From contig CACNYO010000003.1 in the NCBI GenBank assembly GCA_902624765.1, forward strand, positions 1-60,640: a DNA stretch of 60,640 nt, given 5' to 3'. This document shows, piece by piece, positions 52,449 through 60,640 of this stretch (positions are counted from its first letter, which is position 1; the number at the start of each line of letters is the position of its first letter). The stretch is from an uncultured SAR86 cluster bacterium. Lineage in GTDB: Bacteria; Pseudomonadota; Gammaproteobacteria; Magnimaribacterales; AG-339-G14. A model generated the notes under the pieces. The model made no database searches and was not told the origin of the DNA. It saw only the letters and a program-made list of their open reading frames with translations. The position numbers and the translations under genes were made by a program.

Positions 52449-55400
52449 TCAAACCTCCTCGAAATCAATATCAATCGCTAAAGATCGAATTTCTTTTGTT
52501 AAAACATTATAGGATTCTGGTATTCCAGCTTCCATTTCATAAGAACCATCGACTATATTTTTATAGATTTTTGTTCTTCCGTAGACATCATCAGACTTAA
52601 CAGTGAGCATTTCTTGAAGAGTATGAGAAGCACCATAAGCTTCAAGAGCCCAAACTTCCATCTCTCCGAGTCTTTGTCCACCGAATTGTGCTTTTCCTCC
52701 AAGCGGTTGCTGAGTAACTAAGCTGTAAGACCCTGTGGAACGAGCATGCATTTTATCTTCGATAAGATGATTAAGCTTGAGCATATACATGTACCCAACA
52801 GTGACCGAGCGATCAAATTTATCCCCTGTTCTTCCATCATAAAGAGTAGTTTGTCCAGTTTCAGGAAGGTTGGCTAACTTCAACATCTCTTTAATTTCTG
52901 CCTCTTTAGCTCCATCGAAAACTGGGGTTGCCATAGGAACACCGTTTCTAAGATTGTGGCAAAGCTCTAAGAATTCACTATCATTTAGAGAACTAATATC
53001 TTGATTCATCCCTGATTTAACATAAATTTTATCTATGAATGATCTTAGGGCTTTTAAATCCTTATAATTTTCGAGCATCTTAGATATTTCATCTCCAAGA
53101 CCTTTTGCAGCTGATCCAAGATGAACTTCAAGAAGTTGTCCAACGTTCATTCTTGATGGCACTCCTAATGGATTCAATACTAAATCAACTGGCTCGCCAT
53201 TTTCATCATATGGCATATCTTCGACAGGCATAATTACAGATATGACTCCTTTGTTACCATGCCTACCCGCTAATTTATCGCCTGGTTGGATTCTCCTTTT
53301 AATCGCAAGATAAACTTTAATTACTTGTTGCACTCCTGGAGGTAAATCATCTCCGGAAACAATTTTTTTCTTCTTAGCTTCAAATCTATTTTTGAGCATT
53401 TTTTCATATGCTTTCAAATTATCTTTGGAATCTTTTAACTGATCATTAATATCTTCGCTTTGCATTCTCAATTTGAACCACTCATCGGAAGCAAGGTTAT
53501 CTAGAAACTCTTTAGATATTGTTTCCCCTTTGGATATGCCTCTTCCAGATATCACTTTTTGACCTGTCAAAACAGACCTTAAAGAGTTAATGGTCGCATT
53601 TGTAACGATCTCCAGCTCTTCATCAAGATCTTTTTGAATTTCTGCTAAAGAGACAGATTCAATAACAGAAGCTCTTGGATTTTTTTCTAATCCCTCTCTT
53701 GTATAAATTTGAACATCAATTACTGTACCATCGGCACCGCTTGGGACTCTTAGAGAGGTATCTTTTACATCTGCTGCTTTTTCTCCGAAAATTGCTCTAA
53801 GAAGTTTCTCTTCAGGTGAAAGTTGAGTTTCCCCTTTTGGTGTAACTTTTCCAACTAAAATATCTCCCGCCTTAACTTGTGCTCCAATGTGAACAACTCC
53901 ACACTCATCAAGTTTCCCTAATGCGGACTCTCCTACATTGGGAATGTCAGCTGTGATTTCATCTGGTCCTAATTTTGTATCTCTAGCTGTACAAGTAAGT
54001 TCTTGTATGTGAATACTTGTAAGCTTATCTTCTTTTACAAGTTTGTCAGAAATAAGAATTGAGTCCTCAAAGTTGTATCCGTGCCAAGGCATAAAAGCAA
54101 TTTTGATATTTTGACCAAGTGCTAGCTCTCCTAAATCAATTGAAGAGCCATCAGCCAAGATATCGCCTTTAGCAACTTTATCTCCAACTTTAACTATTGG
54201 TTTTTGATTCATGCATGTATTTTGATTAGACCTTGTGTACTTAGTGAGGTTGTATATATCTACAGCTGAGTTAGTTGAAGAGATTTCTTTCATATCTTTT
54301 CTGACCACTATTCTTCCAGAATCAACCTTTTCAACAGTCCCTTTGTTTTCTGCGATTACACAATCTCCTGAATCTTTGGCAATCAATCTTTCCATTCCAG
54401 TTCCAACAAGAGGAGCCTCTGTCTTCAAGGTAGGAACTGCCTGTCTCATCATGTTAGAGCCCATTAAAGCCCTGTTAGCATCGTCATGCTCTAGGAAAGG
54501 TATTAGTGATGCAGCAATAGATACTACCTGCTGCGGAGATACATCCATTAGCTCAACTCTATCTGCTGACATAAGTTCAAATTCATTTTTAAATCGAACA
54601 GGAACGAGTTCGTCTACAAATTTATTATTTTTATCAAGCAGCGCACTTGCTTGTGCAATAACAAATTCGCCTTCTTCTATTGCAGAAATATACTTAATGT
54701 CTTCAGTCACTTTGCCATTAATTACTTGTCTATATGGCGTCTCAATAAATCCAAAATCATTGACCTTGGCAAAAACAGATAAAGAATTTATTAGACCAAT
54801 ATTGGGTCCTTCTGGGGTTTCTATTGGACAAACTCTTCCGTAATGACTTGGGTGAACGTCCCTAACCTCAAAGCCAGCTCTTTCTCTTGTTAAACCCCCT
54901 GGACCAAGTGCTGAAACTCTTCTTTTGTGAGTAATTGCTGCAAGTGGATTATTCTGATCCATGAATTGTGACAGTTGACTTGAACCAAAAAATTCATTTA
55001 TTGCAGCAGTTACAGGCTTTGCGTTGATTAAATCTGCTGGCCCAAAGCCCTCAGCTTCAGCTACATTCAATCTTTCTCTGACAGCTCTTTCCACTCTTAG
55101 AAGACCAACTCTAACTTGGTTCGATACCATTTCGCCAACTGATCTTATTCGTCTGTTTCCTAAATGATCTATATCGTCACAATCTTGCTTTCCATTTCTT
55201 ATATCAACAAGAGTTTTTGTCACATCAATGATGTCTTCCTTACTTAATATTCCAGGCCCTTGAAGGTCTTCCCTTCCAAGACGACGGTTGAATTTCATTC
55301 TTCCAACATCAGAAAGATCGTACTTCTCTGAATTAAAAAATAAATTTTCAAAAAGATTTGTTGCTGCTTCTTTAGTTGGAGGCTCTCCAGGTCTCATCAT

Positions 55401-56528
55401 TCTGTAGATCTCAGCTAAAGAATCTAATTGTGAAGTGGTAGTATCAGACCTCAAAGTTTCTGAAATGTAAGGCCCTGATTCAAGCTCATTAATGTATAAA
55501 ACTTTAATTTCTTTGAGTTTCTGCTCTTGGATAGCTTTAACAATTGTTTCATCGATAACAGAATTACATGATATGAGAAGCTCTCCTGTTTCTTTATTAA
55601 TGATATCTTCAGCAGTGATTAATCCATTCAAGCCTTCAGAATCCAAAGATATTGTTTTAATTTTATTGGAATCAATAAGCCTAATGTGTCTTGCAGTAAT
55701 TCTTTGGCCTTTTTCAACAATAGTTTCTTTGCCATCTTTATCCTTTATTTCAACTGGGGATATCCTTCCCATCAGTCTTCTAGAGTTGATTTTAAGAGAG
55801 AATCCTTGTGGAGTTACAGAATAAGTTTCTGATTCATAAAACGTTTCTAATATCTCCTGATTAGACATTCCTAAAGCCTTAAGCAGAATTGAAGCTAAAA
55901 GCTTTCTTCTTCTGTCTATTCTTATGTAAACAAGATCTTTATGATCAAATTCGAAATCAAGCCAGGATCCTCTATATGGAATTACTCTTGAAGCGTAAAG
56001 TAATTTTCCTGAAGAATGCGTTTTACCTTTGTCATGATCGAAAATTAACCCAGGGGATCTGTGTAATTGAGAAACTACAACTCTTTCGACACCGTTTATG
56101 ACGAATGTTCCATAAGTAGTCATTAGAGGTATGGTCCCCATGTAGACCTTCTCTTCTCGAGCTGATTTTAGAATTTCCTCTCCAGTAGTTTTATCCAGGA
56201 AAGAAATCCTACATATAATTCTCATGGTTGATTCATATGTAGTGCCTCTGGCAATACATTCGCTTACATCAAATTCTGGCTCATCAAGCTCATATCCCAG
56301 ATATTCGATTTTTGCATTACCCGAAACACTGATTATGGGGAAAATAGAGTGAAATACTCCATGAAGACCCTGCTTTTGCCTTTCATCTGGCGAAAGGTGA
56401 GATTGTAAAAATTCCTTGTAAGAGTTTGTTTGAACTTCAAGAATGTCAGGAAAATCCATGACGCTTGAAATTTTTTCAAAACTATTTCTTATTCTTTTCT
56501 TTTCAGCAAAACTATATTTATTTGGCAT
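52449..56528 (-). CDS. rpoB: RNA polymerase beta subunit
   Basis: [21 protein letters not shown] and [17 protein letters not shown]. Confidence 0.99.
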   Translation of the reverse strand: MPNKYSFAEKKRIRNSFEKISSVMDFPDILEVQTNSYKEFLQSHLSPDERQKQGLHGVFHSIFPIISVSGNAKIEYLGYELDEPEFDVSECIARGTTYESTMRIICRISFLDKTTGEEILKSAREEKVYMGTIPLMTTYGTFVINGVERVVVSQLHRSPGLIFDHDKGKTHSSGKLLYASRVIPYRGSWLDFEFDHKDLVYIRIDRRRKLLASILLKALGMSNQEILETFYESETYSVTPQGFSLKINSRRLMGRISPVEIKDKDGKETIVEKGQRITARHIRLIDSNKIKTISLDSEGLNGLITAEDIINKETGELLISCNSVIDETIVKAIQEQKLKEIKVLYINELESGPYISETLRSDTTTSQLDSLAEIYRMMRPGEPPTKEAATNLFENLFFNSEKYDLSDVGRMKFNRRLGREDLQGPGILSKEDIIDVTKTLVDIRNGKQDCDDIDHLGNRRIRSVGEMVSNQVRVGLLRVERAVRERLNVAEAEGFGPADLINAKPVTAAINEFFGSSQLSQFMDQNNPLAAITHKRRVSALGPGGLTRERAGFEVRDVHPSHYGRVCPIETPEGPNIGLINSLSVFAKVNDFGFIETPYRQVINGKVTEDIKYISAIEEGEFVIAQASALLDKNNKFVDELVPVRFKNEFELMSADRVELMDVSPQQVVSIAASLIPFLEHDDANRALMGSNMMRQAVPTLKTEAPLVGTGMERLIAKDSGDCVIAENKGTVEKVDSGRIVVRKDMKEISSTNSAVDIYNLTKYTRSNQNTCMNQKPIVKVGDKVAKGDILADGSSIDLGELALGQNIKIAFMPWHGYNFEDSILISDKLVKEDKLTSIHIQELTCTARDTKLGPDEITADIPNVGESALGKLDECGVVHIGAQVKAGDILVGKVTPKGETQLSPEEKLLRAIFGEKAADVKDTSLRVPSGADGTVIDVQIYTREGLEKNPRASVIESVSLAEIQKDLDEELEIVTNATINSLRSVLTGQKVISGRGISKGETISKEFLDNLASDEWFKLRMQSEDINDQLKDSKDNLKAYEKMLKNRFEAKKKKIVSGDDLPPGVQQVIKVYLAIKRRIQPGDKLAGRHGNKGVISVIMPVEDMPYDENGEPVDLVLNPLGVPSRMNVGQLLEVHLGSAAKGLGDEISKMLENYKDLKALRSFIDKIYVKSGMNQDISSLNDSEFLELCHNLRNGVPMATPVFDGAKEAEIKEMLKLANLPETGQTTLYDGRTGDKFDRSVTVGYMYMLKLNHLIEDKMHARSTGSYSLVTQQPLGGKAQFGGQRLGEMEVWALEAYGASHTLQEMLTVKSDDVYGRTKIYKNIVDGSYEMEAGIPESYNVLTKEIRSLAIDIDFEEV

Positions 56529-56549
56529 AAAAATTATATGTATTTAAAG

Positions 56550-56933
56550 TTATTTAAGTTCGACAGTAGCTCCAGCTTCTTCTAATTGAGATTTAGCTTG
56601 TTCAGCTTCATCTTTATTGGCCCCTTCTTTTAATGATGAAGGTGCTCCATCAACAAGTGCTTTAGCTTCTTTTAATCCGAGACCAGTAATGGTCCTTACA
56701 ACTTTAATTACATCAATTTTCTTATCACCAACTTCAGCAAGGAAAATCTCAAATTCAGATTTTTCTTCTGCAGCTTCACCAGCTGCATCTCCTGCTGGAG
56801 CTGCTGCTACTGCAGCGACAGGTGCTGCGGCAGTGACTCCAAATTTATCTTCCATAAGTTTAATTAGATCAACCATATCCATGACACTCATGTCGGATAT
56901 TGCATCTAATATTTCTTCTTTTGATAGCGCCAT
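56550..56933 (-). CDS. rplL: 50S ribosomal protein bL12 (L7/L12)
   Basis: Ala-rich hinge, GLGLKEAK and [11 protein letters not shown]. Confidence 0.98.
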   Translation of the reverse strand: MALSKEEILDAISDMSVMDMVDLIKLMEDKFGVTAAAPVAAVAAAPAGDAAGEAAEEKSEFEIFLAEVGDKKIDVIKVVRTITGLGLKEAKALVDGAPSSLKEGANKDEAEQAKSQLEEAGATVELK

Positions 56934-56957
56934 TACTACTCCTTTTAAAGTTTAAAA

Positions 56958-57476
56958 TTAAGATTTAGTTTCTTTTACCGCATCCAAAGTTCTGACAAAG
57001 TTTGAAGGTAGATTCTGTAAACCGCCTGCAAATTTCTGAATTGGGCTTTGAAGTACGCTCATTAGCATAGAAATTGCTTCTTCCTTTGTGGGCAGTGCAG
57101 CCAGTCTATCTAGCTCACTTGCATCTAAAAGGCCTTCTCCTACTGATAATCCTTTTACGCTAAAAGACTCATGAGACTTCGAGAAATCTTTTACGAGTTT
57201 TGCAGCACTTTGAAAATCATCAAGAGAAAAAGCAAACAAACTAGGTCCTGTAAGAATTTCGTTGATTGAATCAAACTTAGTTCCTTCAAGCGCTCTTTTA
57301 GCTAATGTATTCTTTATAACTCTAAGATATACCGAACTAGAAGAGGCATCTTTTCTTAACAATGTTAAGTCAGGTACGTTAGTTCCTCTATAATCAACAA
57401 CGACAGCTGATAAGGCTTCATCAGCAACCTTCTTCAACTCATCTACTACTAATTTCTTTTCTTCTAAACGTGACAT
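56958..57476 (-). CDS. rplJ: 50S ribosomal protein uL10
   Basis: DYRG, VIKNTLAKRA and LAALPT; start moved to ATG 57476 after GAGG. Confidence 0.97.
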   Translation of the reverse strand: MSRLEEKKLVVDELKKVADEALSAVVVDYRGTNVPDLTLLRKDASSSSVYLRVIKNTLAKRALEGTKFDSINEILTGPSLFAFSLDDFQSAAKLVKDFSKSHESFSVKGLSVGEGLLDASELDRLAALPTKEEAISMLMSVLQSPIQKFAGGLQNLPSNFVRTLDAVKETKS

Positions 57477-57536
57477 TAAATAAACCTCTCTTTTGTAAAG
57501 TGAGAGAACTTCCAACCAAGGCCTAAAAGACTTGGT

Positions 57537-57600
57537 ACATCTACGCATGAAATTAAGTTTTTATGGCAAAAACCAAAAAACACATGCGGTCTAAGACAAT
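57537..57600 (-). promoter_or_regulatory. L10 leader (L10-L12 autoregulatory RNA element)
   Basis: Minus strand AGACCGCATG...CTTAAT..CATGCGTAGA follows the AGACcGCAGG...UUAA...CCUGCGuAGA pattern of L10 leaders, with a compensatory stem change. Confidence 0.8.
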
Positions 57601-57657
57601 CGCGAAAACGCAAATGCTTATTTAAATGTTCTGGACCGCGCATCATACAGGAAAAAA

Positions 57658-58353
57658 TCAGAAATTGAGAGAGGAAATATCAATTTCTAATCCAGGTCCC
57701 ATAGTTGATGACATCGAAACTTTTGAAATAAAAACTCCTTTGGATGATGGAGGTTTTGATTTTTTTAGATCTGATAATAAATATTGTAAGTTACTTTTTA
57801 TTTCTTCCTTACTCTGAGTTATTTGACCTATCCTACAATGAACAATTCCCTGCTTATCTGACTTAAATCTCACCTGACCAGCCTTAGCATTTTTTACTGC
57901 ACTAGAGACATCTTTTGTCACAGTTTCGGACTTAGGATTAGGCATTAATCCTTTGGGTCCTAAAATTTGACCTAGTGGGCTTACAACTTTCATCGTATCA
58001 GGAGTAGCAACTATGACATCATAGTCTATTTCCCCAGATTTCATTTCATCAGCGAGATCTTCCATGCCCACTTTATCTGCTCCTGCTTCAAGAGCACTTT
58101 TAGCCTCTTCACCCTCTGCAAAGACAGCAACCTTATATGAACGGCCAGTGCCGTGAGGGAGATTAGATGCTCCCCTAACATTTTGATCTGACTTCGATGG
58201 ATCCACTCCTAAGTTGATACTTACATCCACTGACTCAGTAAATTTTTCAGACTTATGTTCAAACAAAATATCTAAAGCTTCTTCCAAATTGTAGGACATT
58301 GCTTCTACTAACTTTTCTCTTAAAGGTTTATTTTTCTTAGATGTTTTAGCCAT
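57658..58353 (-). CDS. rplA: 50S ribosomal protein uL1
   Basis: LPHGTG, LGPKGLMPNPK and STMGPG. Confidence 0.98.
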   Translation of the reverse strand: MAKTSKKNKPLREKLVEAMSYNLEEALDILFEHKSEKFTESVDVSINLGVDPSKSDQNVRGASNLPHGTGRSYKVAVFAEGEEAKSALEAGADKVGMEDLADEMKSGEIDYDVIVATPDTMKVVSPLGQILGPKGLMPNPKSETVTKDVSSAVKNAKAGQVRFKSDKQGIVHCRIGQITQSKEEIKSNLQYLLSDLKKSKPPSSKGVFISKVSMSSTMGPGLEIDISSLNF

Positions 58354-58784
58354 TAATCTATTACCTCTATTCCCATACTTCTGGCACTTCCAGAAATAAT
58401 TTTTACTGCAGCATCCATATCAGCAGCATTAAGATCCTGCATTTTCTTTTCTGCTATTTCCTCAACTTGAGCCCTAGTTACTTTTCCTACTTTTAATGAG
58501 TTTGGCGTAGGGCTACCCTTATCGAGTCCAGCAGCCTTTTTAAGAAGAATGCTTGCAGGAGTTGTCTTTACTATGAAATCAAAACTTTTGTCTTCGTAAA
58601 CTGTAATAACAACAGGTACGGGAACATTCTTTTCCATGTCGTTAGTCTTAGAATTAAATGCATTACAAAAGTCCATTAAGTTTACACCGTGTTGACCCAG
58701 GGCAGGTCCAACAGGAGGACTAGGAGAGGCAGCGCCAGCAGGTACTTGAAGTTTAATATATGTATCTATCTTTTTGTCTGCCAT
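58353..58784 (-). CDS. rplK: 50S ribosomal protein uL11
   Basis: [13 protein letters not shown] and GSARSMGI. Confidence 0.98.
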   Translation of the reverse strand: MADKKIDTYIKLQVPAGAASPSPPVGPALGQHGVNLMDFCNAFNSKTNDMEKNVPVPVVITVYEDKSFDFIVKTTPASILLKKAAGLDKGSPTPNSLKVGKVTRAQVEEIAEKKMQDLNAADMDAAVKIISGSARSMGIEVID

Positions 58785-59318
58785 TTATGCTCTCTCAATT
58801 TGATTGAAATCTAATTCGACCGGAGTTGATCTTCCAAAGATCATCACCGCTACTTTTACTTTTCCTTTTTCTGAATCGACTTCTTCAATCACACCACTAA
58901 AATCATTAAAAGGTCCATCAATAACTCTAATCATTTCACCGGCTTCATAAATATTTTGTTGCGAAGTGGTTTCAACTCCAGATTCTATTTGGTTTAAGAT
59001 TCTGTTTGCTTCGTTTTCTGAAATTGGTCTTGGATTGGTTTTAGTGCCTCCAATGAAACCCAAAACCCTTGGAGTCTCTTTGACAAGGTGCCACGTATCG
59101 TCATTCATTTCCATCTCAACCAAAATGTAACCTGGGAAAAATTTCTTTTGTATAGTTTTTTCCTTTCCTCCTTTCATTTCAGTTATTTCTTCGGAAGGTA
59201 CTTCTATCTTTCCAAAGAAATCCTCCATGCCGTTGAGAGTTATTCTTTCTAAAAGCTGTTCCTTGGCCTTATTTTCGTAACCAGAATAAGAATTAAGAAC
59301 ATACCAAGATTTCGACAT
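58785..59318 (-). CDS. nusG: Transcription elongation factor NusG
   Basis: WYVLNSYSGYE, FPGYILV, KOW motif DGPFNDF and IFGRSTPVEL; start moved to ATG 59318. Confidence 0.97.
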   Translation of the reverse strand: MSKSWYVLNSYSGYENKAKEQLLERITLNGMEDFFGKIEVPSEEITEMKGGKEKTIQKKFFPGYILVEMEMNDDTWHLVKETPRVLGFIGGTKTNPRPISENEANRILNQIESGVETTSQQNIYEAGEMIRVIDGPFNDFSGVIEEVDSEKGKVKVAVMIFGRSTPVELDFNQIERA

Positions 59319-59320
59319 TT

Positions 59321-59668
59321 CTACCCCAATAATAAATTTAACCCGAAGGAGAAAAGAGAATCCAAGCCCCATAACAACAGAGAAGCAGCAATTACTGCAG
59401 CTAAAACAATAAGAGTTGTTTGAGTCGTCTCAGTTCTATTAGGCCAGACTACTTTTCTAATTTCAGTTAGTGAAGTAACAATTAAGTTGTATGCGGAATT
59501 ACCGAAAATTGTAAATCTAATTATTGCTAAACCCAGAATCAATAGAGCAATCACAATCAAGGTTCTGTATAAGAGAGCAACTTCAGAGTAATAAGAATTC
59601 CCCCAGACAGCAATCAGGATAACTGCTGAGCCAAGGATCCATAAAATTTTACTGCTAACTGAAGTCAT
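59321..59668 (-). CDS. secE: Preprotein translocase SecE (three-TM type)
   Basis: EIRKVVWP signature; upstream of nusG. Confidence 0.95.
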   Translation of the reverse strand: MTSVSSKILWILGSAVILIAVWGNSYYSEVALLYRTLIVIALLILGLAIIRFTIFGNSAYNLIVTSLTEIRKVVWPNRTETTQTTLIVLAAVIAASLLLWGLDSLFSFGLNLLLG

Positions 59669-59694
59669 ATTGTTTTATCTTATATCCATCTCCG

Positions 59695-59770
59695 TGGCAG
59701 GCCAGGAGGGAATCGAACCCCCAACCTGCGGTTTTGGAGACCGCCGCTCTACCAATTGAGCTACTGGCCT
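59695..59770 (-). tRNA. trpT: tRNA-Trp (CCA), 76 nt, with encoded 3' CCA
   Basis: Cloverleaf: acceptor AGGCCAG/CTGGCCT, D arm GCTC/GAGC, anticodon arm GCGGT-CTCCAAA-ACCGC, T arm GGGGG-TTCGATT-CCCTC, discriminator G73 then CCA. Confidence 0.98.
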
Positions 59771-60640
59771 ATTGAACGATTTTGGATACTACTCCGGAAC
59801 CAACAGTTCTGCCACCTTCTCTAATAGCAAAACGCATTCCTTCTTCCATAGCGATGGGTGATATCAACTCAACATTGATCGCGACATCATCACCTGGCAT
59901 GACCATCTCGACTCCATCAGGAAGAATGACTTCACCAGTCACATCGGTTGTCCTTACATAAAACTGTGGTCTGTAGCCTTTGAAGAAAGGTGTATGTCTA
60001 CCACCTTCTTCTTTGTTTAATACATAGACTTGTGCTTCAAACTTAGTATGAGGAGTTATTGAACCAGGCTTAGACAGTACCTGACCTCTTTCAACTTCTT
60101 CTCTTTTTGTACCTCTTAGAAGAACACCAACATTTTCACCTGCACGACCTTCATCAAGAAGTTTTCTGAACATCTCTACACCAGTGCAAGTAGTTTTTTC
60201 CGTATCCTTAATTCCAACAATTTCCATTTCATCATTGACAGAAACCATACCTCTTTCAATTCTTCCAGTAACAACAGTTCCTCTTCCTTGAATTGAAAAG
60301 ATATCTTCAATAGGCATCAAGAAAGGCTTGTCTAGATCTCTAACTGGCTCAGGAATATGACTGTCCAATGACTCAACCAATTTAAGAATGGCTTCTTTTC
60401 CGTGTTCACCTTCATCGCCTTCTAGAGCCTTTAAAGCAGATCCAATGGTGATGGGAGTATCATCTCCAGGGAAATCGTACTCATTTAAAAGATCTCTGAT
60501 TTCTACTTCTACTAACTCAATTAACTCAGCATCATCTACCTGATCAGCTTTGTTTAAAAAGACTACGATATGCTCAACACCTACCTGTCTCGCTAATAAG
60601 ATGTGCTCTCTAGTTTGAGGCATAGGTCCATCTGCGGCAT
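59769..60640 (-). CDS. tuf: Elongation factor Tu, C-terminal part (5' end outside the window)
   Basis: [27 protein letters not shown] and [11 protein letters not shown]; tufB-type position before tRNA-Trp-secE-nusG. Confidence 0.99.
   Translation of the reverse strand, partial: AADGPMPQTREHILLARQVGVEHIVVFLNKADQVDDAELIELVEVEIRDLLNEYDFPGDDTPITIGSALKALEGDEGEHGKEAILKLVESLDSHIPEPVRDLDKPFLMPIEDIFSIQGRGTVVTGRIERGMVSVNDEMEIVGIKDTEKTTCTGVEMFRKLLDEGRAGENVGVLLRGTKREEVERGQVLSKPGSITPHTKFEAQVYVLNKEEGGRHTPFFKGYRPQFYVRTTDVTGEVILPDGVEMVMPGDDVAINVELISPIAMEEGMRFAIREGGRTVGSGVVSKIVQ

Noticed and set aside
54235-54843. 202-aa plus-strand ORF and many similar antisense ORFs (e.g. 20280-20726, 26037-26414, 48852-49298, 51459-51935)
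   Set aside because: They lie wholly antisense to conserved genes, have Ser/Ile/Phe/Pro-rich mirror-codon composition and show no recognisable motifs. They are shadow ORFs.
57477-57548. N-terminal extensions in the ORF track for rplJ (also lpxA, grpE, bamE, rpsT, ssb, rpsD, rpsJ, rpoC, nusG)
   Set aside because: The extensions run through leaders, promoters or upstream genes. The downstream starts match family N-termini and Shine-Dalgarno or overlap positions.
1-60640. CRISPR arrays, IS elements, prophage, inteins or introns in dnaE/rpoB/rpoC, rRNA, defence or toxin genes
   Set aside because: None seen. Proteins are of normal or reduced length, and no unassigned gap exceeds about 180 bp.

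Overview
Core housekeeping region of an AT-rich, extremely compact Gammaproteobacterium. Gene order is Pseudomonadales-like and the compaction suggests a streamlined marine lineage such as SAR86 (inference, not tested). Contents, left to right: a partial dnaE and the rnhB-lpxB-lpxA-fabZ-lpxD-skp-bamA-rseP-dxr-cdsA-uppS-frr-pyrH-tsf-rpsB cluster; fur-grpE-dnaK-dnaJ-dapB; bamE; an NSS/SNF transporter; smpB and tmRNA; a lipoprotein prolyl oligopeptidase; rpsT; rplU-rpmA-obgE-proB; fabA-fabB; ssb/uvrA; a contiguous S10-spc-alpha ribosomal cluster; rpsL-rpsG-fusA with no tufA; rpoBC; rplKAJL; nusG; secE; tRNA-Trp; and a partial tuf. I found no mobile element, CRISPR array, prophage or unassigned gene, so there is no new multi-gene system here. 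The most unusual signal is at nucleotide scale: the tuf stop codon (TAG) overlaps nucleotides 1-2 of the mature tRNA-Trp, so RNase P processing of a co-transcript would leave tuf mRNA ending in a lone U without a stop codon. Other points: a DnaJ with a collapsed first zinc-finger repeat, loss of most ribosomal-protein regulatory leaders, convergent genes overlapping without terminators, near-leaderless promoters, fur coupled to grpE, and a short GKNNYALAA tmRNA tag. All calls rest on recognising motifs by eye; no searches were run.
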